From contig NIVC01001379.1 in the NCBI GenBank assembly GCA_002269645.1, forward strand, positions 124,001 through 188,000: a stretch of 64,000 nucleotides of DNA, in the 5' to 3' direction. Made by a program: the position numbers and the translations under genes. The notes under the pieces are model-generated. The model had not been told where the DNA came from. It saw only the letters and a list, made by a program, of their open reading frames with translations, and searched no databases. The DNA comes from Macrostomum lignano (Eukaryota). Below are positions 46,974 to 58,265 of this stretch, piece by piece (position 1 is the first letter of the stretch; each line of letters starts with the position of its first letter).

Positions 46974-47306
46974 TCAGGGCAGGAAGGCCGGCCTGATGAC
47001 CCACTCGGGGGTGCCGGCAGGAATCGGCCGCTGACTCCGGGTGGCCTCGTCGCGGACGCACTTGCCGAGCTGGGCGCGCTGCTTCACCGTGGCAAAGCGG
47101 CGCATGAACGCCTCGTCAAGGCTCCGCTTGATGTCGCGCACCCGGTCAGACTCCCAGGCCAGACAGCGGACTCGCAGCGTCTCGTCCTCTTCTTCCTCAT
47201 CTGATGAGGTCAGATCGCGGGTGAGCACGATTCGGTAATGCTCAAGATCGTCAGGCGACAGGTTCGGCAGTAGAGTCTCGAAGGCCTTCTGACGGCGGCT
47301 CAGCTT
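46974..47306 (-). CDS. Gene B terminal constant exon (phase-0 acceptor)
   Basis: Pyrimidine tract ...CCTAAATATGCAG|AAG CTG AGC; open to TGA at 46974. Confidence 0.8.
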   Translation of the reverse strand, partial: KLSRRQKAFETLLPNLSPDDLEHYRIVLTRDLTSSDEEEEDETLRVRCLAWESDRVRDIKRSLDEAFMRRFATVKQRAQLGKCVRDEATRSQRPIPAGTPEWVIRPAFLP

Positions 47307-50300
47307 CTGCATATTTAGGTACAGGAAGGTAGAGAAGCGGTATGAACTACTGTAAGTAGCGAAATTGAATTTTACATATTTTCAAAAATTTTACTTCATA
47401 AAATATTTCCAAACAGCTGAAATTGATAAATATTAGGTGTTAAATTGACGGGGCAAAATCCGACAGTGTGGAATCTGGCACAAACTAGGTAGGTCATGGT
47501 GAATGACCACAGAATGATCCTTTTGATAAGCATCAATAAATTCAATGATATTCAATGATATTGCTGACTGAGTAGCAGAGCTCACTCAGAGACATTGGGG
47601 ATTGAGTAGCGGAGCTCACTCATGGACATTGGGGATTGAGTAGCGGAGCTCACTCAGGGACATTGGGGATTGAGTAGCGGAGCTCACTCAGGGACTCACT
47701 CATGGACATTGGGGATTGAGTAGCGGTGCTCACTCAGGGACATTGGGGATTGAGTAGCGGTGCTCACTCAAGGACATTGGGGACTGAGTAGCGGTGCTCA
47801 CTCAGGGACATTGGGGATTGAGTAGCGGAGCTCACTCAGGGACTCACTCAAGGACATTTGGGATTGAGTAGCGGTGCTCAATCAGGGACATTGGGGATTG
47901 AGTACCCAGAGCTCACTCAGGGACATTGAGCATTGAGTAGCTCAGTCACTCAGACTCTCCAACCAGTAGCAAGACTCTCTCACCCGCTTCCATCTGCCAC
48001 TCTTTGCAGCAGACTTTCTACGCACAATAATCCACTTAAGTTCGTAAGCAAAGTATTTTGAAATTTTGCCTGAAAATTGAATTATCAGAATTAATCTATT
48101 TTCAAGCAGAGTATAAAAAGCAAAAAACTTACAATACTATTCAAGCGAGTTTGCCATGTCAGCCCAAAAGAGCTACGTTTAAATTTTTTATATTTAATAA
48201 GACCTGATGGCACAAAAACTTTTTTTATTTAGTAGATCATTTTAAGTTTTAGGACTACTTGCATTAGTACATGTGTATGCAGAAGATGGAAACAGTGTAG
48301 GTACCCAAGGCCCAGTGTCAATGTACATTTGTGGGGCTTGTGCCAGTTCAGTGGGGGAAGGGAGACACTGTACGGTAAGGGAAGGCCCAGTGTCAATGTA
48401 CATTGGTGGGGCTTGTGCCAGTTCAGCGGGGAAGGGAGACACTGTACGGTAAGGGAAGGCCCAGTGTCAATGTACATTGGTGAGGCTTGTGCCAGTTTAG
48501 CGGGGAAGAGAGACAGTGTACGGTAAGGGAAGGCCCAGTGTCAATGTACATTGGTGGGGCTTGTGACAGTTCGGCGCGGGGAGAGACAGTGTACAAAAAG
48601 TCGAGGCCCAGTGTCAATTTACACTTGAAAAAAATCTAGTCAAAAACCGATCTGGAAGGATGCCTTGTGGCTGTTTTAAATTCTCATAATTACCGACTTC
48701 ACTCGATAAGAGCGCCAGGCACGCCTTCGCTTATCCATAACAAATTTTCTCTCCGAGTCAAATGACGTCTTCATCTTGTCGCTGGCAGCTGGGGGAATCG
48801 ATTTGTAATAGATAATAACACAAATAAAATTTACAGTGGGAGACTAAAGCTAGCAAGGGCAGAGATTGACAGAGACAGGCAGCTTAAGACAGGCAACTGA
48901 CCACGCGCAATCGGGCAGACTTTCTGGCTGTCCGCCGGTTGTACAAAATCATATGGGCCAATCGGCTGTGAAAAATTTCCACGTTAGCTAAAATAATTAT
49001 AATAGCAATATAATTGATATACAGATAACTGCAGTAATTAGCGCACAAGCCCACACTGAAAATGCTGCTGCCTTAAAAAACGCTGCAATATGAATTTGAT
49101 AATTCCTATCGTCCAAATTTTGAATAATGCTGTTTTTAGCTTGCAAGTGGGAGATGGCTATAAGCATTGAATATTAATTAAATGGAAATTGTCATTGAAA
49201 CCTTAAAAACCTCCAGGAACTCCATCTCCGCACACACAGTGCACATCGCAGATACTATGCCACTCAGGCATATTCAATACATACTTAGTAAAACAGCTTT
49301 CTACTTTCAGTTCAGTAGCAAAGAAGAATACATAAGCTATTTTATAAGAATAAAGGCCGCTGAAATGACTTTGATAAGTTTAGAAGCCCAAGCTTGCAGG
49401 CGTAAACAATTTGCTAGCTAATTAGTTAAGCAGTAATGTACATTAGCCAGTCCACTGAAATGTACATGGCAGCTTTAGGCTGGAATTCCGAGAAAGGCAA
49501 TAAAAATTGGGCGTAGTGTGTAAAGGGGGCTGTTGGAGGGTTTAAGCTAGGGGGGTAAGAGCCAATAAAAAGAGCCTTGGCTTTAAAAATACCATAAAAT
49601 GCTTCTGTTTAGCTAACTACTGAACTGAAAGTAGTTTATACGAAACGTGCTTTGTGGCCCATCTAGTTATTATCTATCTCACGTAGATCTTTGGTGCACA
49701 CACAGACAAACTGGCAGGCCACACACATCTCCCAACACAGGCACTAACCACGCGGAGTCGGCCAGCTCGTTTAGCAGTTCTCCGATTAGACAATACAATA
49801 TTGCCCAGCCGCCTGTGGAACTGTTCTGTGCTGGCTAAAATATTTCATGAGAAAATATTTATATATACATATATGCTAATGTATATAGATCTGCTTTTAA
49901 AAGCAAATTAGCAGAATGCTGTCACAGTGCTGCCAAAAAAAACGCTGCTGCTTTTTTATTTAAAAAATAATTGCATGGTGGAGTTGTGTTTTAAACTGCC
50001 TCAGAGGCCAGGGACCACTGGAAGGTCAGGTGCTCAGGACTAACCTAGCTGTTCAGTCTCAGGTGTTCAGGACTAACCTAGCTGTTCAGTCTCAGGTGTT
50101 CAGGACTAACCTAGCTGTTCAGTCTCAGGTGTTCAGGACTAACCTAGCTGTTCAGCCTCAGGTGCTCAGGACTAACCTAGCTGTTCAGTCTCAGGTGTTC
50201 AGGACTAACCTAGCTGTTCAGTCTCAGGTGTTCAGGACTAACCTAGCTGTTCAGCCTCAGGTGTTCAGGACTAACCTAGCTGTTCAGCCTCAGGTGCTGA

Positions 50301-53300
50301 GGACTAACCTAGCTGTTCAGTCTCAGGTGTTCAGTCTCAGGTGTTCAGGACTAACCTAGCTGTTCAGTCTCAGGTGTTCAGGACTAACCTAGCTGTTCAG
50401 TCTCAGGTGTTCAGTCTCAGGTGTTCAGGACTAACCTAGCTGTTCAGTCTCAGGTGTTCAGGACTAACCTAGCTGTTCAGTCTCAGGTGTTCAGGACTAA
50501 CCTAGCTGTTCAGTCTCAGGTGTTCAGGACTAACCTAGCTGTTCAGTCTCAGGTGTTCAGGACTAACCTAGCTGTTCAGTCTCAGGTAGGTTTTCAGGAT
50601 TTCTAGAATTAATCAAAACGTCCTACTAAATAACCAGCTTACACTTTTTGTTCTGAACCATTTCTTAGCACTTTTGCGATGCTTCTCAATGGCAATGCGC
50701 TGAGCTGTGAACCAGGCGGAACAAGTCTCTAGTTTAAAAAAGTTATTAAGGTAAAAAAAATTTTTAAAAGACGACGCTAAAAGCAGAGCCTATTCACAAC
50801 CATAGCGTCAAAGAGGTTTCAACAGAAACAAAAAGATTTCACCCCATACTACTACAAGTAGGCAGCTTACATTACGAATTCGACCGGATTTTTTTGCACT
50901 TTTACGATTTCTCTGCACTGTAACGCTCTGCGATTGAAACCACGTGAGTAGCTTGTCCGTCAGCTCTGACGCGTCATTAAAATATTATTCAATAAAGCTA
51001 GTTGAATAAAGATTAGCTAATTCTGAGAAATTATAGATATCGCGTTGTAGAGGCTTGCGTGCAATAGAAAATATTGAAAAAATAAGTTTTTTATTAAAAA
51101 CACCAGGAATTTACTGTTTTCCATCGTTTGGATCGTTTGGCACTGATTCTATGCTTAGCCATGGTGACGCCCTGGGTGACAAAATATCTATTGATTGCGC
51201 CTGACGGATTGCGGCGGGGTGTTGCACCTTTAAAACACTTATTTAACAATATAAACAGCAAATGGCAGCAAACCGCCTGCTGAACAGAAAGATAATAGAG
51301 CGCGTTGAAGAGGCAATTTTCACAACTTACAGCCTTTTGCCTGTTACTCTTGCGCCAAATTAATCTGGAACGCAAACTAGACTGCTGCAGGAAACCGTAT
51401 TCCTTCTGACACGTGGCTGCGTGAGTGCGGAATATTTGTTTCTTAGAATTTATATTTAAATATCGTTTCTTATAACATACTTTAATAAAACAAGCTATGA
51501 TCTCAAAATGGCTCGTTTCACAAACTCTCAAAGCTTTCGCTATTGATTTGATTTTATAAATGTAATTTTAGAAAAAAATCTGTTGTTTCGAAGTTTCCGG
51601 ATATTGTAATCTCTTAATTGTAGATGACTAGCGTCTGTCTAAATGCACATAGGGTTGGGGGTGGGACTAGGCACAGTATTCTGTGGGACTAGCGTCTGTC
51701 TAAATGTACATAGGGTTGGGGTGATGACTAGCGTCTGTCTAAATGTACATAGGGTTGGGGTGATGACTAGCGTCTGTCTAAATGTACATAGGGTTGGGGT
51801 GATGACTAGCGTCTGTTTAAATGTACATAGGGTTGGGGTGATGACTAGCGTCTGTCTAAATGTACATAGGGTTGGGGTGATGACTAGCGTCTGTCTAAAT
51901 GTACATAGGGTTGGGGGTATGACTAGCGTCTGTTAAATGTACATAGGGTTGGGGTGGACTAGCGTCTGTCTAAATGTACATAGGTTGGGGTGATGACTAG
52001 CGTCTGTTAAATGTACATAGGGTTGGGGTATGACTAGCGTCTGTCTAAATGTACATAGGGTTGGGGTGATGACTAGCGTCTGTCTAAATGTACATAGGGT
52101 TGGGGGTAATGACTAGCGTCTGTCTAAATGTACATAGGGTTGGGGGTGGGACTAGCGTCTGTCTAAATGTACATAGGTTTGGGGGTGATGACTAGCGTCT
52201 GTTTAAATGTACATAGGGTTGGGGTGATGACTAGCGTCTGTTAAATGTACATAGGGTTGGGGTGATGACTAGCGTCTGTCTAAATGTACATAGGGTTGGG
52301 GGTAATGACTAGCGTCTGTTTAAATGTACATAGGTTTGGGGGTGAACTCAAAAGACGGTCACGTGATTCTACGATCTGGAAGCCTCAACAAAAGATTTTT
52401 TAAATACACGACTGAATTATTTAATAGCTTTTCCACCTTACTTGCGCACCTTTTCAATCATCTTTGAATTTCTTAAACTGGATTCCCCCAGCATTAAATA
52501 TCGACTTGATTGACTGAGTTTTTAAAACTACCAGGTTAGCTAGTATCTTAAATATAATGAGATTTATAGCATTAGCAGAAGTCTACAAAATCGGAGCACA
52601 TTATACTATTATTATCACTAATATAATACAATTTGTGGGACAATAAATATGACTACAACATTGAAGCCAATGCACAGAGGCCTGGTGAACCCCCCGGTTC
52701 CAGCAACTCGCTTGGCATGCTAAATCAATCGGAGCCGAGACTCACCATTGTTCGCCTGTAAAATTTGGCCACATTCCTACGATTAGACAGAACTGGCTGC
52801 CTATACTGTGAGTAGACGGAGCTTAGCACGGCTGCAAAATAGGCGATTGTGAGTGCCGAGAGATGCTCAGCTGTGCTGCTGCGACTGGGCTTGCGTTGCT
52901 TAATGTCTGATTAGCACTGCGGCTTGGCCCAGTGGGAGGCTGGCCCAGCAACTGAGGATCTGGGAGGCTGGCCCAGCAACTGAGGATCTGGGAGGCTGGC
53001 CCAGCAACTGAGGATCTGGGAGGCTGGCCCAGCAACTGAGGATCTGGGAGGCTGGCCCAGCAACTGACACTCTGGGAGGCTGGCCCAGCAACTGAGGATC
53101 TGGGAGGCTGGCCCAGCAACTGAGGATCTGGGAGGCTGGCCCAGCAACTGAGGATCTGGGAGGCTGGCCCAGCAACTGACACTCTGGGAGGCTGGCCCAG
53201 CAACTGAGGATCTGGGAGGCTGGCCCAGCAACTGACACTCTGGGAGGCTGGCCCAGCAACTGACACTCTGGGAGGCTGGCCCAGCAACCGAGGATCTGGA

Positions 53301-54511
53301 AGGCTGGCCCAGCAACTGAGGATCTGGGAGGCTGGCCCAGCAACTGAAGATCTGGGAGGCTGGCCCAGCAACTGACACTCTGGGAGGCTGGCCCAGCAAC
53401 TGAGGATAAGGGAGGCTGGCCCAGCAACTGAGGATCTGGGAGGCTGGCCCAGCAACTGAGGATATGGGAGGCTGGCCCAGCAACTGAGGATAAGGGAGGC
53501 TGGCCCAGCAACTGAGGATCTGGGAGGCTGGCCCAGCAACTGAGGATCTGGGAGGCTGGCCCAGCAACTGAGGATCTGGGAGGGTGGCCTAGCAACTGAG
53601 GATCTGGGAGGGTGGCCTAGCAACTGAGGATCTGGGAGGCTGGCCCAGCAACTGAGGATCTGGGAGGCTGGCCCAGCAACTGAGGATCTGGGAGGCTGGC
53701 CCAGCAACTGAGGATCTGGGAGGCTGGCCCAGCAACTGAGGATCTGGGAGGGGGCCCATGTACACGTAAGTCTAGTATTCGCTATAAAAGTCTGTCTAAA
53801 TCTGCAGATTTTTAAGAAGTGTTGCAAGCATAACGCAAAACTCAAATCGGAATCCAACAGCAAACATGAGAGCCAACAAGCCTACACCAACTGACGCTAA
53901 ATAGTATAGTTGAAGAAAACGACAAACAAAATGTTAAATTTATAATTTTAGGGAATAATTAATTAGGATAATTAATGCATACAATGGGCCGCACTTCTTG
54001 AACAGCCGGGACGCCAAAGTTCTGGCGCAGTGGGAGTCTGCACACCAATTTTAGAACCAAGTAGTGTATGTAGCTCAATATAAATTGCATTGACTCAATA
54101 AATTTTTACGATTATAAATCTGAGACACCTGGGCAGCGGCAATTATAACTAATTTTAAGCGATTTTTACGGCAGACTTGCAAACACTCGCTGGTTTCTTT
54201 CTTTCTCTGTAAACCTCTGCAACGCTATAGCTTAATAATTCAATTGAATACGGCAGTATAAGTTCATTTAAATAGACATGTAACATACAGGTAAGAAATG
54301 CAGTAAATATTAATTAACTTACTGCGCCAAACTTCAGCGTTTGCTGCAATGCGCGCGACACAGCCTGGGCCTGATCGATTACTTTCTTGGCCACCATCTG
54401 ATTCATCGGGTGCTCGAAGCTGAGCAAATTGGAGTGGCGTTGGGTTGGCTGCCTGTCTGTCTGTGTGTGTCTGTCTGTTCTGTCTGTCTGTCTGTCTGTC
54501 CGTCTGTCTGT

Positions 54512-54582
<71 letters not shown>

Positions 54583-54774
54583 TAGTGTCTGTGTGTCTGT
54601 CTTAGTGTCTGTGTGTATGTCTGTCTTAGTGTCTGTGTGTATGTCTGTCTTAGTGTCTGTGTGTATGTCTGTCTTAGTGTCTCTGCGTGTCTGTCTTAGT
54701 GTCTGTGTGTCTGTCTTAGTGTCTGTGTGTATGTCTGTCTTAGTGTCTGTGTGTATGTCTGTCTTAGTGTCTTG

Positions 54775-54809
<35 letters not shown>

Positions 54810-57247
54810 GTCTGCCTGTCTGTGTGTCTGTCTGTCTGTGTGTCTGTCTGTCTGCCTGTCTATCTGTCTGTCTGTCTGTCTGTGCGGCAGCATGAAGCAA
54901 AGGCACAACTCACGGTTTAGCAAAGTCGAACAGGTGTGGTCCGCTGCCTCGCAAATTCTTATAAGTGTCCTTCAGAAGATTCTGGAATTCCCAAGACATT
55001 CAAAGTAATTATATATAAAAACATTAACTTTTTATTGGGTCACTGGCTCAATCCCATATTTTAAGAAATTTTTTGAACAAGAATTGCATTCTACATTAGC
55101 TACTACGAGGGGCGTACCGAAAGTTTTGAGATACGCCGAAACCACAAATATCTGAAGCAAAATTTCTGTCACAATTTTTTGAAGTAGTTGCCACCAGCTT
55201 GCACGCATTTCCTCATCCGGTGAAACCACTGCGTTCAGGCTCCAGCCCACTGTTCTTCTGGCACTGCTGACACCACCTGCTCGAACTCGAATCTTGCTGC
55301 TTTAGGGCTCTCAAACCGAGTCCCACGCAGTTGGATCTTCACCAAAGGGAAGGGAAAGAAGTCGCAGGGTGCCAGGTCAGGGAATATGCTGGATGCGTCC
55401 AACTGGACTTCATTCTCGGCCAGAAATGCCAATGTTGCAACAGCCATGTGCGCACTGGCATTGTTGTGGTGCAGCAGCAGGCCACGAAGTCCGGTGCGCA
55501 GCCGGCGTCTGCGCCACGCATCGAGCACGAGCGGCAGGCACTGGTTAGTATACCAGTCGGCATTGACTGTCCGCCTGTTTTGGAGCGCTACAGTCGCCAA
55601 TTGGCCGGCCTGGCTGAAGAAAGTCGCCACCATCTGCTTCCCGACGCTGCGGGCCCGCTTAACTTTCGTTGGAGTGGCATCGTCCGGAAGGAGCCAAACT
55701 GCAGAATGCTGCTTGGTTTCCGGGTCGTGCTGGCAGACCCAGGTCTCTTCGCCACTGATGATCTCCCAGCATCACTTTGAAGTCCCAGAATCAAATCTTT
55801 CCAGCATAAACTCGCACCAAAGCACCCTCTCCGCTTTCTGGTCCTCCGTTAGGTTGTGGGCACCCAGCGGGCACACCGCTTGGAGGCTCCCAGCTTGTCG
55901 TGCAGGATGGTCGTAACTGCTGCCGATCCAATGCCGAGAGCCTCTCTGACCTATGCACAGGTCACTCGCCGGTCCTCGTCAATCATTCTTCGGACAGCAG
56001 CGATGTTTTCGTCCGTGACAGCGGAAGCTGGACGTTCCGTCCGAGGCTCGTCATCAAGGCTGCTTCGGCCCCACTTACATTCGCTGTACCACCGAAAAAA
56101 CTATGGCACGTGAAGGGGCTTGATCTCCAAAGACAGCATGTAAAGTTTCAACGCACTGCTCCTACGTGAGACCTTTTCGCTGGTTGTAAACAATCATGAC
56201 TCGAAAGTCGCGATTTGTCACTTCATTGGAGCAAGTACAGTTTGGTAGGGGGTATCGTTTTTAAGGATGTGATTGTGAAAGATTGACAAAAGCGCAAAGG
56301 CTGAAAATTAATACTCAATCATCTTAAAGGTGGTACAGTATGTAAATAAAAATTCGTGCAGTTGTGATTTATGAGTCAGCCGTATCTCAAAACTTTCAGT
56401 ACGCCCCTCGTATAGTTAATAGCTAGCTAGTAGCTAGGCCTTTCCATTTGCTTATTTCCGCTACACTGACTGCTACAAGAGCTCCATGAAATGCTTTCGC
56501 TACGTTCATTAATTAACAAGCCAGGCTGTCTATCTAATAAGGAAGAGAACTGAGAGTTTTCAATAAATTTAATTCATACTACTCAGAAAGTTCATATGGT
56601 AAGTAGGCAGTGCGAATTTTAACTCTTTTTTGGCACTCACCCGAACATCCACGTTGCTGGGGCCGCCAGCAGCGCAAGCGCCGGCGCCGCCGCTGAAGCT
56701 GCTCTCCTCCTCCAGCAGCAGACAGTCGTCGTCTTCGTCGTCCCCGGGAAACGATGAGGCTCCCCCAGCATCGCTAGCAAAGCTGTCAACGTGGCCGAGA
56801 GTCTGCTGATGAAGCTGCTGGTGCTGCTGTTCCAGCTTCACGCCGAGTAGCGGCTCCTTCGGCTCCAATTTGCACGCGCCGCTTTGCCGACGGCGGACTG
56901 GCGCCATCGCCGGCGCCAGCAGCAGCGGCAGCACTGGAGCAACTGGCCGCGGCTGAGTGATGCTGGCGGAGACTCTGCTGCTGCTGTTGCAGCTGCTGCA
57001 GCTGTTCCTGCAGCTCCCGATTGGAGGACTGCACCTGACCAGCGCACGGCTGCATCACATCAACAGCCTGGTGCTGCAGGTTGCAGATGAGGCGCACAGC
57101 GGCCACCAGTTCGTCCAGCGTCATGCTGTCCAGCAGCATGCCGGCATTGAGCAGAGTGGACTCAAACAGGGTCAGCGCGGAGAATGAGGACTGAGCAGCT
57201 GACGGCTGCTGCTGATGATGGATAGGTAGCACGGATGCGGCAGACAT
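46974..57247 (-). CDS. Gene B: C14orf93/DUF4616-like protein with a mutually exclusive cassette array. Constant exons 57247-56641, 54981-54914 and 54419-54323, one cassette, then terminal exon 47306-46974.
   Basis: Spliced product ...[40 protein letters not shown]...AANAEVWR-[cassette][10 protein letters not shown]...LTSSDEEE...[16 protein letters not shown]...RSQRPIP. This follows the FDFS...YF..RR...MSDEE..P..R...L..LD pattern I recall for C14orf93-type domains. Needs 1-nt corrections near 56873 and 54351. Confidence 0.72.
47570..47945. repeat. 34-bp minisatellite in the gene B cassette region
   Basis: (GAGTAGCGGAGCTCACTCAGGGACATTGGGGATT)n. Confidence 0.9.
47984..48069 (-). CDS. Gene B cassette exon B9 (86 nt, phase 1 to 0): (S)[28 protein letters not shown]
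   Basis: TTTTCAG| ... |GTGAGA; open frame; YF followed by a basic tail. Confidence 0.8.
48133..48203 (-). CDS. Gene B cassette exon B8 (71 nt, phase 1 to 0): (S)[23 protein letters not shown]
   Basis: CCATCAG| ... |GTAAGT; open frame; shorter and more divergent than the others. Confidence 0.55.
48300..48620. repeat. About 70-bp tandem repeat in the gene B cassette region
   Basis: Recurring GGCCCAGTGTCAATGTACATTGGTGGGGCTTGTGCCAGTTCAG. Confidence 0.85.
48694..48788 (-). CDS. Gene B cassette exon B7 (95 nt, phase 1 to 0): (T)[31 protein letters not shown]
   Basis: TTCCCCCAG| ... |GTAATT; the only open frame. Confidence 0.75.
48902..48987 (-). CDS. Gene B cassette exon B6 (86 nt, phase 1 to 0): (T)[28 protein letters not shown]
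   Basis: ATTTTAG| ... |GTCAGT; clear paralogue of B5. Confidence 0.82.
49749..49834 (-). CDS. Gene B cassette exon B5 (86 nt, phase 1 to 0): (T)[28 protein letters not shown]
   Basis: ATTTTAG| ... |GTTAGT; paralogue of B6 and B1. Confidence 0.82.
50030..50590. repeat. 33-bp minisatellite (CAGGACTAACCTAGCTGTTCAGTCTCAGGTGTT)n
   Basis: Tandem units visible directly. Confidence 0.95.
50643..50728 (-). CDS. Gene B cassette exon B4 (86 nt, phase 1 to 0): (K)[28 protein letters not shown]
   Basis: TTTTTAAACTAG| ... |GTAAGC; open frame. Confidence 0.82.
50871..50965 (-). CDS. Gene B cassette exon B3 (95 nt, phase 1 to 0): (K)[31 protein letters not shown]
   Basis: GCGTCAG| ... |GTAAGC; open frame; shares RKSAKK with B4. 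Confidence 0.8.
51115..51200 (-). CDS. Gene B cassette exon B2 (86 nt, phase 1 to 0; alternative in-frame acceptor at 51227): (S)[28 protein letters not shown]
   Basis: CCGTCAG| ... |GTAAAT; open frame. Confidence 0.8.
51620..52340. repeat. 39-bp minisatellite (ATGACTAGCGTCTGTCTAAATGTACATAGGGTTGGGGTG)n
   Basis: Tandem units visible directly. Confidence 0.95.
52746..52831 (-). CDS. Gene B cassette exon B1 (86 nt, phase 1 to 0; possible longer in-frame form including ...LTIAYFAA): (T)[28 protein letters not shown]
   Basis: TATTTTGCAG| ... |GTGAGT; shares VLSNRR with B5. Confidence 0.78.
52930..53755. repeat. 28-bp minisatellite (CTGGGAGGCTGGCCCAGCAACTGAGGAT)n
   Basis: Tandem units; source of the spurious 52823-53863 ORFs. 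Confidence 0.95.
54323..54419 (-). CDS. Gene B constant exon immediately upstream of the cassettes (ends in phase 1: TGG CGC A|GTAAGT)
   Basis: [23 protein letters not shown](F)AANAEVWR aligns with gene A YSARANVLAANRVIDKALELSRHKPANVEAWR if TT near 54351 is TTT. Confidence 0.7.
54450..54880. repeat. (TCTG)n compound microsatellite in a gene B intron
   Basis: Tandem units visible directly. Confidence 0.95.
55106..56410 (-). mobile_element. Degenerate mariner (Tc1/mariner) DNA transposon, 1305 bp, in gene B intron 1
   Basis: 30-bp TIRs CGAGGGGCGTAC(C/T)GAAAGTTTTGAGATACG with TA on both sides. Transposase remnants RWVPHNLT, ETW, LLHHNNA and PDLAPCDFF, with stops and frameshifts. Confidence 0.93.
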
Positions 57248-57949
57248 GACTCTGGTTGACAATTGTCTTCAGTGTTGAACAAATGGACAAAGGGCTTGGA
57301 GAGTTAGATATTGCTGGCTGGAAAAATTGCAGCAATAAAGTATTTTTTACATGCCTGACATGTCCGCTTAAACTACTGACTAATGAGTAGCTTGAAGGAG
57401 TATTACTACTCGCATGAGAAATACAAGCGCGGGGTGGGTCCTAAACTGACCAGCAAGGTTTTTATAAGTTATATTATGCAACGATTTTGTAAAAATCGAG
57501 TTCATGTTCTATGCTACTTACTAAGTAGCTTAACTAACTTTCTTTTGTAAGATAGTAAAAGAAAAAAGGAAATAAAAATTAACTATTATATTTTTACAAG
57601 GACAGTAAATTTGTTGTATAAAACAACAAATTAAATGTCAATAGTCATTTGCTTTCAATTAAAACTTAAAGAGATAATATTTATAACAAAATTTACAATA
57701 ATATTAGCAAACTCGTGCAGAATTCGGACACGAAAAAGCACATTGAACTAAATGCAAAGTAAGACAGATTACCACTTGTTGACAACATTACGTAACGAAA
57801 TCAGTTGATGATTAATCACGTAAGGAAATTATGGTTACTAAGTACAGCAGATAGGATAACTTATTGATATGAATGCATTAAAAACTGAGAACTACAAATA
57901 AGAGATTACAGGATAGGACATAAATGAATACGAGTATTAGAATATGGTT

Positions 57950-58265
57950 TAGAGAATGGGGGCCTGGAGGAGAGGAGTTGTGTACACTAGGATAGGTGTT
58001 AAAGAATGGGGGCCCTGGAGGGGAGGAGTGTGTACGCTGGGATAGGGGTTCGAGAATGGGGGCCTGGGGGAGAGGTGTGTACAATAGAATAGGGGTTAAA
58101 GAATGGGGCCTAGAGGAGTATGTACACTGGGATAGGGATTAGAGAATGGGGGCCTGGAGGAGAGGAGTGTGTACATTGGGATAGGGATTAGAGAATGGGG
58201 GCCTGGAGGAGAGGAGTGTGTACATTGGGATAGGGATTAGAGAATGGGGGCCTGGAGGAGAGGAG
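57950..58265. repeat. About 49-bp purine-rich minisatellite
   Basis: (GGGATAGGGATTAGAGAATGGGGGCCTGGAGGAGAGGAGTGTGTACATT)n. Confidence 0.88.

Noticed and set aside
49020-49620. Further AG...GT segments in the gene B array
   Set aside because: They need frame corrections and lack the aromatic-plus-basic pattern; not counted.
51094-51531. 145-aa ORF as a standalone gene
   Set aside because: It is read-through of cassette exons and their introns in one frame, with internal GT/AG sites.
52823-53863. 346-aa ORF and overlapping ORFs
   Set aside because: Translation of a 28-bp minisatellite.
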